Shown here in pieces: positions 55,385 through 64,000 of a stretch of DNA of 64,000 nucleotides. Numbering within the stretch: the stretch's first letter is position 1; the number at the start of each line of letters is the position of its first letter. The position numbers and the translations under genes are program-made. Origin of the DNA: Patescibacteria group bacterium (GTDB lineage: Bacteria; Patescibacteriota; Patescibacteriia; JAHJFT01); assembly GCA_028710985.1 (NCBI GenBank), contig JAQTTB010000001.1:359397-423396 (forward strand). The letters run 5' to 3'. Below the pieces are notes generated by a model. The model was not told the origin of the DNA and did no database searches. It saw nothing but the letters and a program-made list of their open reading frames with translations.

Positions 55385-58039
55385 TCAGAATTTTTTTTCG
55401 AGAAGAATTGCAAAAAAAGCATCGGTTGTCAGTTTCTGTTCAAGCTTTCCCATCATCAGTTCCGGAACATTGGACCAGAGCGCCTGATAACGCGCTGGAT
55501 AAATAATCGACTGGCTGAAATCAATTTTTTCGGCGCCCGGTTGTCTCTGCAAAAGCATGGAGTAAGTTTGCGTGATTGGAAAACCAAGCTTTTCTTTAGC
55601 CGTGGCCAAAAGTCCGGTTGGTTCCGCGGATGAGATGCGGAACGGCAGGCGGTATTTAAAGGTAATTAGGGTTGATTCGCCGGGCTTGGTTTGTGTCCAA
55701 CCGCCAAAAACCGTTTTACCAAATTCGTTATTGATCTTGGCGCCGGAATTATGAAAGCTCCATGTTCCCTCAATTTCGGCAAGATCCGAATCAACCCCCG
55801 CGCCCTTTCGCGGTTCGTCAAAAAGTTCTGGTGCCGGTGGATTGAACCCCGATGCGTTAAGAAGCTCGGCGCCTTGCGGTACATAGACCCGTAGATAATT
55901 TACATTGTTCACGCCGGAAAATCCCTGATTTTTTATTCCATCATGCGCTCTTGCCACCGTCAGTGTATTGACGATGTCGCCGTTTTCCGAAATTTCGGTT
56001 TTTAAATCAACGTTCTGCGAAATGACGCCGTCGGTTTTGCCTCCGGCAATATTTGCGTTCACGAGCATAAGATAATCCTGATCCGCTTTTTTGATTTCGC
56101 CGGTCCAGCCATGCTCCGAAAGGCCCCGCTCAATCGCCGCGTTCTGGTGATAAATCATAATCTGCCGTTCGGTGAGGCTCGAACCCAGAGCCTCGAGGGT
56201 TTCAATGAATTGTTCGCGGTTTGCGTGCATCATGCGGTCAAGAAGGATTGGCGCGAGATCGCCGATGACTTTCTTGGGCTTGTTTTCAGTTTTGTCATAT
56301 TCAAGTTCAACGATTTTTTGGGTTTCTTCAATAAAATTTTCCGCGGTAAACGTTCGGCCGTAGGCCGGCATTTCAATGGGCCCGTAAATTTCAAGGAGCC
56401 GCTCCATCACCGTGGCCGTAATGACCACCACGCCGTCCGGCGTCGGGCCGCCTGAATGCTCATAGAACCAGATTATTTTTTTGGCCGAGGTCGGAAAATC
56501 GGCAAACCAATTCGCGTCCTGAAATTCCCAGCGGTCGGCAATCAGGCGCAGGGGTTCGGGCGGAATGACATCCGTGTCCAGGCTGCCTTGCATATCGTAG
56601 GTGCCGCCGCCCGGAACCTCGATGTTTTTAATTTCGCCGCGGTCCATGTCGATAAGAGCGAAGGATCCCATGAATCCGCCGGTCGGCCGGATCTCGGTAT
56701 TATTTTCAAAAATAAATAAATATCGCTGGTTTTGTTCCTTTCCAAGAAAGAGTTCCATGGTTTCGCCGAGATTTATAAAGTCGTTCAGGCTTTGTTGGAT
56801 AAGGGTAAGATTGCCGTAGGCGAGTGAGAAATTTTTTTGATATTCTTCCGGAAGCGCGCCGAGGTCCACGGCCCGGGCCTGTTCTTCGGCCAGTGTTATG
56901 AGCGGTTCGGCCTGACGGACATAAGCAAGCATTGCGTCAAGTTTTGTCACGAGATTAATGCTGTCTTCGGCGAGAAGCCCCTGCGCTCCTTTGGCGAGAA
57001 GCACCGCCGCGGCGGTCAGATTATCCCCCATGGCGATAAGCGCTTCTCCGGTCTGGACTTTTTTTCCGGCGCTCGGGGTAAGTTCCGCGATTTCAATGAG
57101 CAGGCGATTCACGCGGCTGAGTTCTTGCCCGGCTTCGCGGAAAGAGCGGTTTGCCTGTTCGATAGAAAACAGCGCGCGCGTCAGATCTTCTCCGCCTTTG
57201 GCTGCGGCCGAGAGCTCGGCCACGGCATCACGGCCATAACGCTCGATCGTATCTTTTGTGTCGCGGACGTTTTTATAATAAGCATATCCCTCGAACGGGA
57301 GCACGACGACAAGCACGAGCCCGGCGAGCGATACGATGGCCCGCATCCAGCCCTGGGGCGGCTCAAAAATAATCGGCGCGGCAAGATGCTCAAGGGGAGT
57401 TTCGATAAAATCTTCGCGGAAGCGATCCGCCGCCGGCCGCAGGAATGAAAATGGCCAATTGAGCCCGCGTTCCAGCTTGCAGAGGACAAGCCCGGCGATT
57501 TCCGCCACGCCAAAAAGCGCGAGTTCGCCGACTGGTGTGGCATCTTCTTTTTTAAAATCATCCATCAGCTCTTCGATATTGATTTCTGAGTCAGTGATAT
57601 TGAGTCCGGCATTCGGGCCGCCGTCCCGAAGTTCGGCGAACGTCTGTTCAACCGTGAGCGCCGATTCGGGCGAGGTCAAATCCATGCGCTCGAGCCGGGG
57701 TGGCCGTTCATCTTCGTAATACAAATCAACCACAAAAGGCGATCTTGCGGTTTTTTCGAGTTTCACGGGGATTATTTTATGCGTTGGTTTTTTTGCGGTT
57801 ATGCGGACGGTTTCGGCTTGAGGCGTGGCCGCCTTAACTTCAATATTCATTCGGGCGGCTGGTCTTCGGGTCGTTTTTTTTCGGCGTGATATTTTTTTTG
57901 CCGCCTTTTTTGACCGAATCGGCAAAATCCGCTTTTTCTTAAGCGGTTTTTTCAGAGTCTTTTTCACCGGTTTTTTTGTCTTTTTTGCGGATTTTTTGCC
58001 GGCCAATGTTTTCTTGATTTTTTTCCTCTCTTGAGCCAT
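55385..58039 (-). CDS. large hypothetical membrane/extracellular protein (884 aa), Lys-rich N-terminus
   Basis: ORF. The middle carries a hydrophobic anchor AIVSLAGLVLVVVLPF. Confidence 0.6.
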   Translation of the reverse strand: MAQERKKIKKTLAGKKSAKKTKKPVKKTLKKPLKKKRILPIRSKKAAKKISRRKKTTRRPAARMNIEVKAATPQAETVRITAKKPTHKIIPVKLEKTARSPFVVDLYYEDERPPRLERMDLTSPESALTVEQTFAELRDGGPNAGLNITDSEINIEELMDDFKKEDATPVGELALFGVAEIAGLVLCKLERGLNWPFSFLRPAADRFREDFIETPLEHLAAPIIFEPPQGWMRAIVSLAGLVLVVVLPFEGYAYYKNVRDTKDTIERYGRDAVAELSAAAKGGEDLTRALFSIEQANRSFREAGQELSRVNRLLIEIAELTPSAGKKVQTGEALIAMGDNLTAAAVLLAKGAQGLLAEDSINLVTKLDAMLAYVRQAEPLITLAEEQARAVDLGALPEEYQKNFSLAYGNLTLIQQSLNDFINLGETMELFLGKEQNQRYLFIFENNTEIRPTGGFMGSFALIDMDRGEIKNIEVPGGGTYDMQGSLDTDVIPPEPLRLIADRWEFQDANWFADFPTSAKKIIWFYEHSGGPTPDGVVVITATVMERLLEIYGPIEMPAYGRTFTAENFIEETQKIVELEYDKTENKPKKVIGDLAPILLDRMMHANREQFIETLEALGSSLTERQIMIYHQNAAIERGLSEHGWTGEIKKADQDYLMLVNANIAGGKTDGVISQNVDLKTEISENGDIVNTLTVARAHDGIKNQGFSGVNNVNYLRVYVPQGAELLNASGFNPPAPELFDEPRKGAGVDSDLAEIEGTWSFHNSGAKINNEFGKTVFGGWTQTKPGESTLITFKYRLPFRISSAEPTGLLATAKEKLGFPITQTYSMLLQRQPGAEKIDFSQSIIYPARYQALWSNVPELMMGKLEQKLTTDAFFAILLEKKF

Positions 58040-58158
58040 GATATTGCAATAAAATGTTCTTGAATTATATCATTTTTAGGGCATTAAAACAAAACTTTTT
58101 AACCACAATTTAAAAACCGGGCCAACGGGCCCGGCGAATGCGACAAGGCGTTAATTGT

Positions 58159-58635
58159 TTAAGCCATTTCGTAATGAAATTCGTCGTCATCTGTGTTCGG
58201 ACTGGTCGCGATTACTAGGAGAACCGCGCCGGCCTTTTTTGCGGTTACGCGATGGCTGATGAGCGAAGGCACGAAAAACACCGCACCTTCAGCCGAGCGC
58301 AAATCGAGTTGGACGCGTTCTTTTGTGTCAATGTCTTCCAGGGTGACGGTAAAACTTCCGCAGATCGGAATAAAGAGCTCTTTTTTCTTTTGATGATAGT
58401 GGTTGCCGGCCGAATTGCCGTCTTCCAGAAATCGGACATAGTAAGAATAGTGCGCCTTAAAGCTCGGAATTATTGGAAATCGGTCATCGAAATTTACCAC
58501 AAGCTCACGGCCAGGCTTCGCCGGATTTCGTCGCGGCGTCATATAAAATAACGTTCCGAGTTTATAATCCTTTTTATCTGTCGGATGAGAGAATTGATCC
58601 ATGGGATCTTCCTGGCGGGGGATAATATTTTCCAT
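58159..58635 (-). CDS. cupin-fold sugar isomerase-like protein (WxcM/FdtA-like)
   Basis: AGNHYHQKKKELF resembles the FdtA HxH...Q metal site. It sits in a glycosyltransferase cluster. Confidence 0.5.
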   Translation of the reverse strand: MENIIPRQEDPMDQFSHPTDKKDYKLGTLFYMTPRRNPAKPGRELVVNFDDRFPIIPSFKAHYSYYVRFLEDGNSAGNHYHQKKKELFIPICGSFTVTLEDIDTKERVQLDLRSAEGAVFFVPSLISHRVTAKKAGAVLLVIATSPNTDDDEFHYEMA

Positions 58636-58637
58636 GC

Positions 58638-59780
58638 TTAGAGTGCTTTAGAATAAATTTCTAATATTTCTCTTGCCATTTTTTGCCAGTCGTATTTTTG
58701 CATATGCAATTTTCCGGCGTTCAGGATGGTCCGGCGCAATATCTTGTTGTCCAGGCCTTCGGCAATGGCGCGGGCCATGTCATCTGGGTCGCGCGGATTA
58801 AAATAGATCGCGCCCGGACCGAGAATCTCGGGGAGACACGACGCGTTCGAGCTCGCGACCGGCAGATTGAAGCTCGCGGCCTCGAGCGGCGGCAGGCCGA
58901 ATCCCTCGGAGAGCGAAGGAAATACATAAAGGCTCGCTCGCCGGTAGAGCCGCGGCAGGTCGCGGTCGTCAATGAATCCGGTAAAATTTACTTCTTCGGG
59001 CACTTTAATTCCCCGGCCGCGGGTTTCGCGCTCCAGACGTTCGTAAAAAAAGTTTTTTTGCCCGGCGAGCACGAGCTGGAGTTCGGGCTTGGTTTCGCGG
59101 AGCCGTAAAAAAGCTTGGATGAGCATTTCCAGATTCTTGTGCGGATAAGCGTTGCCAAGATACAGGATAAACGGCTCACGGATTTTGCGTTCCGCTAAAA
59201 ATGCGGCGTCCTGCTCCAGTCCGAGGCTGGCTTCATCGAGCCGCGTCATGCCTTCGTAAACAACTTTGATTTTTTGCGCCACGGTTTTGGGAAAATATTT
59301 CAATATGCTCGCTTTTACATATTCTGACGGCACAATAATACTCTGCGAGCGCGAAACCGCGTGGCCGAGTATTTGTCGGTACGCCGCATATTTAATTCCG
59401 TAGATGAGCGGACCGAGCGTGGTCGCGCGCGTGCTCGGATGTTCAAGCAGGATCAGGTCGTGGATTGTCACCACGAACGGGGTTTTGTCAAAAAGCGGAA
59501 CATTAAAATGCGGATAATGCACAAGCTCGCAGCCAGTCTCTCGGACGAGCCGCGGCATCTCGGTTTGTTCTTTGAATGAGTACCAGGGGATATCGGCCAG
59601 TATCTTATGGAAGTTCGCGGTTTCTGACGCCTCGTGCCAGTTGCTTTTACGCAAAAATAAAAAATAGTCATTCTCGCGGTCAATCCGCTGAAGATTGATG
59701 ACCAGCTCTTTGATATAGCGGCCCAGTCCGCCGCCGGCGGTTTTTGGCCCCAAAAGCCTTGCGTCAATGCCGATTTTCAT
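58638..59780 (-). CDS. glycosyltransferase family 4
   Basis: C-terminal EGFGLPPLEA...P motif of GT4/GT1. Confidence 0.85.
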   Translation of the reverse strand: MKIGIDARLLGPKTAGGGLGRYIKELVINLQRIDRENDYFLFLRKSNWHEASETANFHKILADIPWYSFKEQTEMPRLVRETGCELVHYPHFNVPLFDKTPFVVTIHDLILLEHPSTRATTLGPLIYGIKYAAYRQILGHAVSRSQSIIVPSEYVKASILKYFPKTVAQKIKVVYEGMTRLDEASLGLEQDAAFLAERKIREPFILYLGNAYPHKNLEMLIQAFLRLRETKPELQLVLAGQKNFFYERLERETRGRGIKVPEEVNFTGFIDDRDLPRLYRRASLYVFPSLSEGFGLPPLEAASFNLPVASSNASCLPEILGPGAIYFNPRDPDDMARAIAEGLDNKILRRTILNAGKLHMQKYDWQKMAREILEIYSKAL

Positions 59781-59810
59781 ACGCGGCTATTTTAACTAAA
59801 AATTCGTCCC

Positions 59811-59839
59811 TTGACAAACCGTCCTCTCCGTGTTAAGCT
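59811..59839 (+). promoter_or_regulatory. sigma70-like promoter (TTGACA-17-TAAGCT)
   Basis: Upstream of 59866. An AGGAGG RBS follows. Confidence 0.45.
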
Positions 59840-59865
59840 TTCATGATTCATGATAGGAGGATGTT

Positions 59866-60330
59866 ATGTCGTCTGATGAGTCATCCACTTCCATTCCCGA
59901 TGGTTCTTTCATTGAGATTTTGGGCGTAAAATTCAGGCGTTCCGCCAATTTGGCCGGTCGCGCCGATTTCCAGATCAGAGAAGATACCGGCAACCCCGCC
60001 TATCGGATGCTTGAACCATGTTTCCGGATGGAAATATTGGTGCGTCCAAACGTTGGTGAACGGGTGCGCCGAGCACTCCAAGAGAACACTTACGTAGACA
60101 AGGAGTCGATTCAGCCAAGGTCACCGGATAAGGGCTGGATGCGCTGGAAGGCGATTGTCCGTTTTAAGACCGCCGGCGATCCCCGGACCGAGGACGGTCT
60201 GCACATGCGCGAGGAGTCCATCGAGTTCGTCTGGCAGCGTCTTGTTGCCATATTGACCGAGGCAGTTCTGGTCGCGTCGTCGCCACGCCGCGAACGTCCG
60301 CTATCCTACATCTGCTCCCGGCAAAACTGA
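59866..60330 (+). CDS. hypothetical protein (154 aa), opposite strand within the glycosyltransferase cluster
   Basis: Promoter, RBS, and a terminator at 60329-60362. Confidence 0.5.
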   Translation: MSSDESSTSIPDGSFIEILGVKFRRSANLAGRADFQIREDTGNPAYRMLEPCFRMEILVRPNVGERVRRALQENTYVDKESIQPRSPDKGWMRWKAIVRFKTAGDPRTEDGLHMREESIEFVWQRLVAILTEAVLVASSPRRERPLSYICSRQN

Positions 60331-60362
60331 TCCGTCTGTCTCATGCAGCGGATCGTTTTTTT
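60329..60362 (+). terminator. rho-independent terminator (GATCCG...CGGATC plus T7)
   Basis: Direct read. Confidence 0.6.
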
Positions 60363-61438
60363 ATAAGCGCGAGCATTTCCTGCCCGGCTTTGTCCCAGGA
60401 ATATTTTTTGAGAATCTCTGCGCTGCGGTTCCGGAGATTCTGTCGCAGTGTCTCGTCGGTGAGCGCCGTTTCCATCGCCGCGGCGAGTTCAGCCGGATTG
60501 TCCGGATTCGCAAAAACGGCCGCGTCTTCGAGCACCTCGGGAAGAGAACCGGCGTGACTTGCCACCACTGGCGTTCCGGCGGACATTGCTTCAAGCGGCG
60601 GAAAACCGAAGCCTTCGTAAAAGCTCGGATAGGCAAAAAGTCCGGCAAGCGCGTAGAGCGCGGCTTTGTCGTTCGGATCCACGTAGTCAATTGTGCGGAT
60701 TTTATCCGCTCCCCAGCCGCGCGGCCCGGCAACCACGAGCTCGTGAGTCAGGCCGGAATTTTTTTTCATTATTTTAAAAGCCCGGATCAGGGCCGGAAGG
60801 TTCTTGCGCGATTCAACCGCGCCGAGATAGAGAATAAATTTTTCCGGCAGGTTGTATTTTTCGCGCACGCGATCAAGCGACGCCCGGTCGTATACCATGC
60901 GCGCCACGCCCGGATAGATTACGGAAATTTTTTCCTCCGGTATGCCAAAAATACTGATTAAATCCCGCTTGGTGTTCTCCGAAACCGCGGTAATCGCGTC
61001 GGCGGCGTGGCACATTTTTTTGGCATTTACCGCCCAGTGCCAGGCCCGGCTCTTTGGTGAAAAAAACCCCGGATTAATCGAAAAGCTTAAATCATGGACC
61101 ACGAGTATTTTTTTGATCCCCGCGGAAAGCGCATAAAAATTCAGATTTGGAAAAATGAACGCGTCCAATTTTTCGCCGATCAGGCTGTCAATTCGCGGCG
61201 CGCAAAAAGATTTGAAATACAAATTGAGAGTCTTGTTCGGAAAACGAAAATGCTTGTCGTGAATATTGCTGCCGCCCTCGGGCAGGGGGACGGCAGCAAG
61301 ATTTTTCGCATTGGAGAAAATGTAATAATCGTTTTCCCGATCAATCTTAAAAATGGCGTCCAAGAGATGCCAGGTGTATTCTCCGACGCCGCTTCTCTTC
61401 CGTTCCTGGAGTGGCCGCGCATCAATACCGATTTTCAT
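60341..61438 (-). CDS. glycosyltransferase family 4
   Basis: EGFGFPPLEAMSAGTPVVAS motif. Confidence 0.85.
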   Translation of the reverse strand: MKIGIDARPLQERKRSGVGEYTWHLLDAIFKIDRENDYYIFSNAKNLAAVPLPEGGSNIHDKHFRFPNKTLNLYFKSFCAPRIDSLIGEKLDAFIFPNLNFYALSAGIKKILVVHDLSFSINPGFFSPKSRAWHWAVNAKKMCHAADAITAVSENTKRDLISIFGIPEEKISVIYPGVARMVYDRASLDRVREKYNLPEKFILYLGAVESRKNLPALIRAFKIMKKNSGLTHELVVAGPRGWGADKIRTIDYVDPNDKAALYALAGLFAYPSFYEGFGFPPLEAMSAGTPVVASHAGSLPEVLEDAAVFANPDNPAELAAAMETALTDETLRQNLRNRSAEILKKYSWDKAGQEMLALIKKRSAA

Positions 61439-62540
61439 AAAATCTTTTTTGGCCGAATTCGGTCCATTTATTATTCACGTAATCTCGGATTTGCGCCTTA
61501 AATCTCTCTTCGTCGAACTGCGCCGCGTATTCTTTAATGGTTTGGGGATTGTATTTTTCCGGCTGGAAGCGGATGATGAGCGCGCCAAGCTCTTCCCAGG
61601 ACTGTTCATCCATGAATTCCCCGGTTTGTCCGGGCACCACGGTTTCCATGGCGCCGCCGGCCGCGTATGCGATAACCGGCCGGCCTGAGGCCATTGCCTC
61701 CACGGCTGTAATGCCAAAATCTTCAATCTGCGGATGAATGTAGGCGATGCATTTTGAATAAAGCCCGGCCCTCTCTTCGTCCGAAACGTGGCCCAAAAAT
61801 TCAATGTTCGACTTTGCAAGAGCGCGGAGTTTGTTCATCGCTGGTCCGACGCCAAAAATTTTGAGTGGTATGCCGAGTTTATTGAAGGCGCGGATGGCGA
61901 TGTCAAACCTTTTGTATCCGACCAGCCGACCGCCCGCCAGGAAATAATTTTCCGGACGCGAAATTGAAAAGAGTTTTGTTTCCACGGGTGGATAGATGAT
62001 ATCGCTGGGCCGGCGGTAGTATTTTTGGATGCGGTCACGCACGGTTGCCGAATTTGCCACGAACCGGTCGACGCGGCCGGCGGCCATCATGTCCCACTGA
62101 CGCAGGCTTTTTAAGACGAACGGAATAATTTTTTTTATAAAACGATTATAGTTCAGATCCTCGATGTACTGATGCATGTCGCTCCAGAGGAAGCGCGTCG
62201 GCGTATGACAGTAGCAGACGTGGAGGGTGCGCGGATTGGTAATCGCGCCTTTGGAAAATGCGGACGAACTTGAGAGTACGATGTCGTAATCCTCTAGATT
62301 ATGCTGTTCGGTGGCGAGGGGCATGAGCGGAAGATACCACTGATATTTTTTTATGCCCGCCGGCATGTTTTGCAAAAAAGAAGTGCGGATATCTTTATTC
62401 AAAAACACCGGGTTTGATTTTTCCCGGTCGTGCAGCAGCACGTATGTGGGGGATTCTGGCCAGACTTGCTGGAATGATTTTAATACTTTCTCCGCCCCCC
62501 CGTCTTGGATCAAGTAGTCATGAACTAATGCAATCTTCAT
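61422..62540 (-). CDS. glycosyltransferase family 4
   Basis: EDFGITAVEAMASGRPVIA motif. Confidence 0.85.
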   Translation of the reverse strand: MKIALVHDYLIQDGGAEKVLKSFQQVWPESPTYVLLHDREKSNPVFLNKDIRTSFLQNMPAGIKKYQWYLPLMPLATEQHNLEDYDIVLSSSSAFSKGAITNPRTLHVCYCHTPTRFLWSDMHQYIEDLNYNRFIKKIIPFVLKSLRQWDMMAAGRVDRFVANSATVRDRIQKYYRRPSDIIYPPVETKLFSISRPENYFLAGGRLVGYKRFDIAIRAFNKLGIPLKIFGVGPAMNKLRALAKSNIEFLGHVSDEERAGLYSKCIAYIHPQIEDFGITAVEAMASGRPVIAYAAGGAMETVVPGQTGEFMDEQSWEELGALIIRFQPEKYNPQTIKEYAAQFDEERFKAQIRDYVNNKWTEFGQKRFYENRY

Positions 62541-62567
62541 GTTTGAAATTTGGTATCTGGATTTTAT

Positions 62568-63995
62568 TTAGTAGACGCCTTTTCTTTGTATTACCACAAA
62601 AGGAGTCTTTAGTAAAATCCAGATATCGAGCCAGAGAGACCAGTGCTCGATGTAATATATGTCCAGTCGCGCTTCTTCTTCAAATTCAAGGTCAGAACGG
62701 CCGGAAATCTGGGCAAGGCCGGTGACGCCCGGACGGATGAAGTGAATCTGCTTCTGTTCGGCCGCGTAATTTTCTACCTCGCGGGGCTGGTGCGGCCGTG
62801 GTCCGACAAGCGACATACTGCCCGCCAGAACGTTGAAAAATTGCGGCAGCTCGTCAATGCTGAAGCGCCGGATAAAACGGCCGACACGCGTGACGCGCGG
62901 GTCGTCGGCGATTTTGTAGACCGGACCCTCCTTAATACTGCGTTCTTTAATTAGTCTTTGTTCCAATTCCAAGGCTTTATTCTGGTTTTTGAACTGTGCG
63001 CCGATGCAGTATTCTTTATACATGGACCGGAATTTATATGTGAAAAATTTTTTTCCGAATACACCGACCCGTTCGTTTTTAAAAATTATCGGCCCCCTTG
63101 ATTCTAAGCGAATAATAATGGCAGTTAGAGTAAGGAGCGGTGAAGTTATGACAATGAGAAAGAGAGACCCGGTGATGTCAAACGCGCGTTTCAGTATCCG
63201 GCCCCAGCCCCGGAGCGGCGTGCGCGCCATTTCAATAATCGGAATGCCGGCCAGGGTTTCAAACGTGATGTTTGTCGCTTGCGTGGCAAAAAGATCGGCC
63301 GTATATTTAAAAATAATGTGGTGCTCGTCGGCAAAGCTCAGGATTTTAAGTGCGAGTCCTTTTGCGGCCCTGGGGTCAGAAAGAAGAATTTCGTCAATGC
63401 GTTCGCGGCCGTGGATTTTAAGTATTTCCCTTTCAATCGTCGTGTCAAAACTGTTAAAATTCGCGACCACCGCAAAACCCAGGCCCGGATTGGCGCGCAA
63501 GAGATGGATGATATTATCCGTGATTTTATCCGAACCGATGACGATCACGCGGTTAAGCCCGACTCCGGCGCGGTAGAGTGTATGCTGGATTACCCGGACG
63601 ATGAGGCGGGCAAGCGCCACGAACAGGATGCTAAAAATCCACGCGGCGATAACCAAAAAACGCGAAGAAAAAAGTTCGCGCTGGAAAAATATAAGCACAA
63701 TCACCGCGAGTATTCCGGTTGAGCAGGCGAGGAGTATTCTGACGAATTCGTTTGAGACCTTGCGGCGTTTTATTTGATACAGGCCGGCGGCGGCGAAAAT
63801 CAAAAGCCAGGCCGTGGCAATGATCATGCTCGCTCCGAAATAATCGCGGAACGGCAGTTCATAAATCACCGGCCGGAGTTCGGTCACGGCCGCGGATTGA
63901 AAGCGCAGAAAATAGGCGGTTGCCGCCGCGAGGGCGAGCATCAAAAAATCAAGCGGCAAAAGCAGGGCGGAGAAGAATAGCTGGAATTTTTTCAT
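62568..63995 (-). CDS. polyprenyl-phosphate sugar-phosphotransferase (bacterial sugar transferase, WbaP/CpsE-like)
   Basis: C-terminal KFRSM...[21 protein letters not shown] signature and an N-terminal TM bundle. Confidence 0.85.
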   Translation of the reverse strand: MKKFQLFFSALLLPLDFLMLALAAATAYFLRFQSAAVTELRPVIYELPFRDYFGASMIIATAWLLIFAAAGLYQIKRRKVSNEFVRILLACSTGILAVIVLIFFQRELFSSRFLVIAAWIFSILFVALARLIVRVIQHTLYRAGVGLNRVIVIGSDKITDNIIHLLRANPGLGFAVVANFNSFDTTIEREILKIHGRERIDEILLSDPRAAKGLALKILSFADEHHIIFKYTADLFATQATNITFETLAGIPIIEMARTPLRGWGRILKRAFDITGSLFLIVITSPLLTLTAIIIRLESRGPIIFKNERVGVFGKKFFTYKFRSMYKEYCIGAQFKNQNKALELEQRLIKERSIKEGPVYKIADDPRVTRVGRFIRRFSIDELPQFFNVLAGSMSLVGPRPHQPREVENYAAEQKQIHFIRPGVTGLAQISGRSDLEFEEEARLDIYYIEHWSLWLDIWILLKTPFVVIQRKGVY

Positions 63996-64000
63996 ACTGA

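Overview
This 64-kb window looks like a reduced, Patescibacteria/CPR-like bacterial chromosome segment. The lineage call is inference from gene content, not a database hit: a short rpoB (1136 aa), ribosomal proteins S16/S1/L32 with Lys/Glu-rich tails, a 16S gene not followed by 23S, type IV pilus ATPases and many glycosyltransferases.

Main features, in order:
- rpoB-rpoC, then yebC-ruvC and a GalT-like HIT protein.
- A tRNA-Gly islet and a low-GC ddl gene.
- A minus-strand tRNA cluster (Pro, Phe, Ile, plus tRNA fragments), a GIY-YIG nuclease, speH and a 16S rRNA gene.
- A GC-rich island at 17.3-22.8 kb encoding Cys-rich metal-binding-type proteins.
- The rpsP-KH-trmD operon, a short SMC, nrnA, clpP, and hypothetical genes.
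- A VanW-family protein, hsp20, tRNA-Glu, tsaD-tsaE, pilB, ftsH, rpsA, gyrA, rpmF, nusB, rnc, pilT and tRNA-Arg.
- Two giant surface proteins and a glycosyltransferase/sugar-transferase cluster.

The most unusual signals are structural rather than a new protein operon:
1. A tRNA-Pro gene is split in its anticodon loop by a 114-nt insertion that itself carries a complete second tRNA-Pro.
2. A 20-nt perfect palindrome, CCTGCCTGCCGGCAGGCAGG, occurs 4 times. Two filled-site versus empty-site comparisons show a precise insertion with no target-site duplication.
3. Every tRNA locus except Phe/Ile carries partial copies of its own 5' half and/or 3' end, often fused to a conserved GTCCCGAC...GTCGGGAC hairpin.
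4. The GC-rich island has a 104-bp leader duplicated upstream of two Cys-rich genes, and a ten-fold zinc-ribbon repeat protein built on near-identical 99-bp tandem DNA repeats.
5. A heptanucleotide (AAAATCC) repeat sits in-frame inside both tsaD and tsaE.

No CRISPR array, integrase, transposase or recognisable defence operon was seen. All coordinates were hand-derived and are approximate to a few nt.
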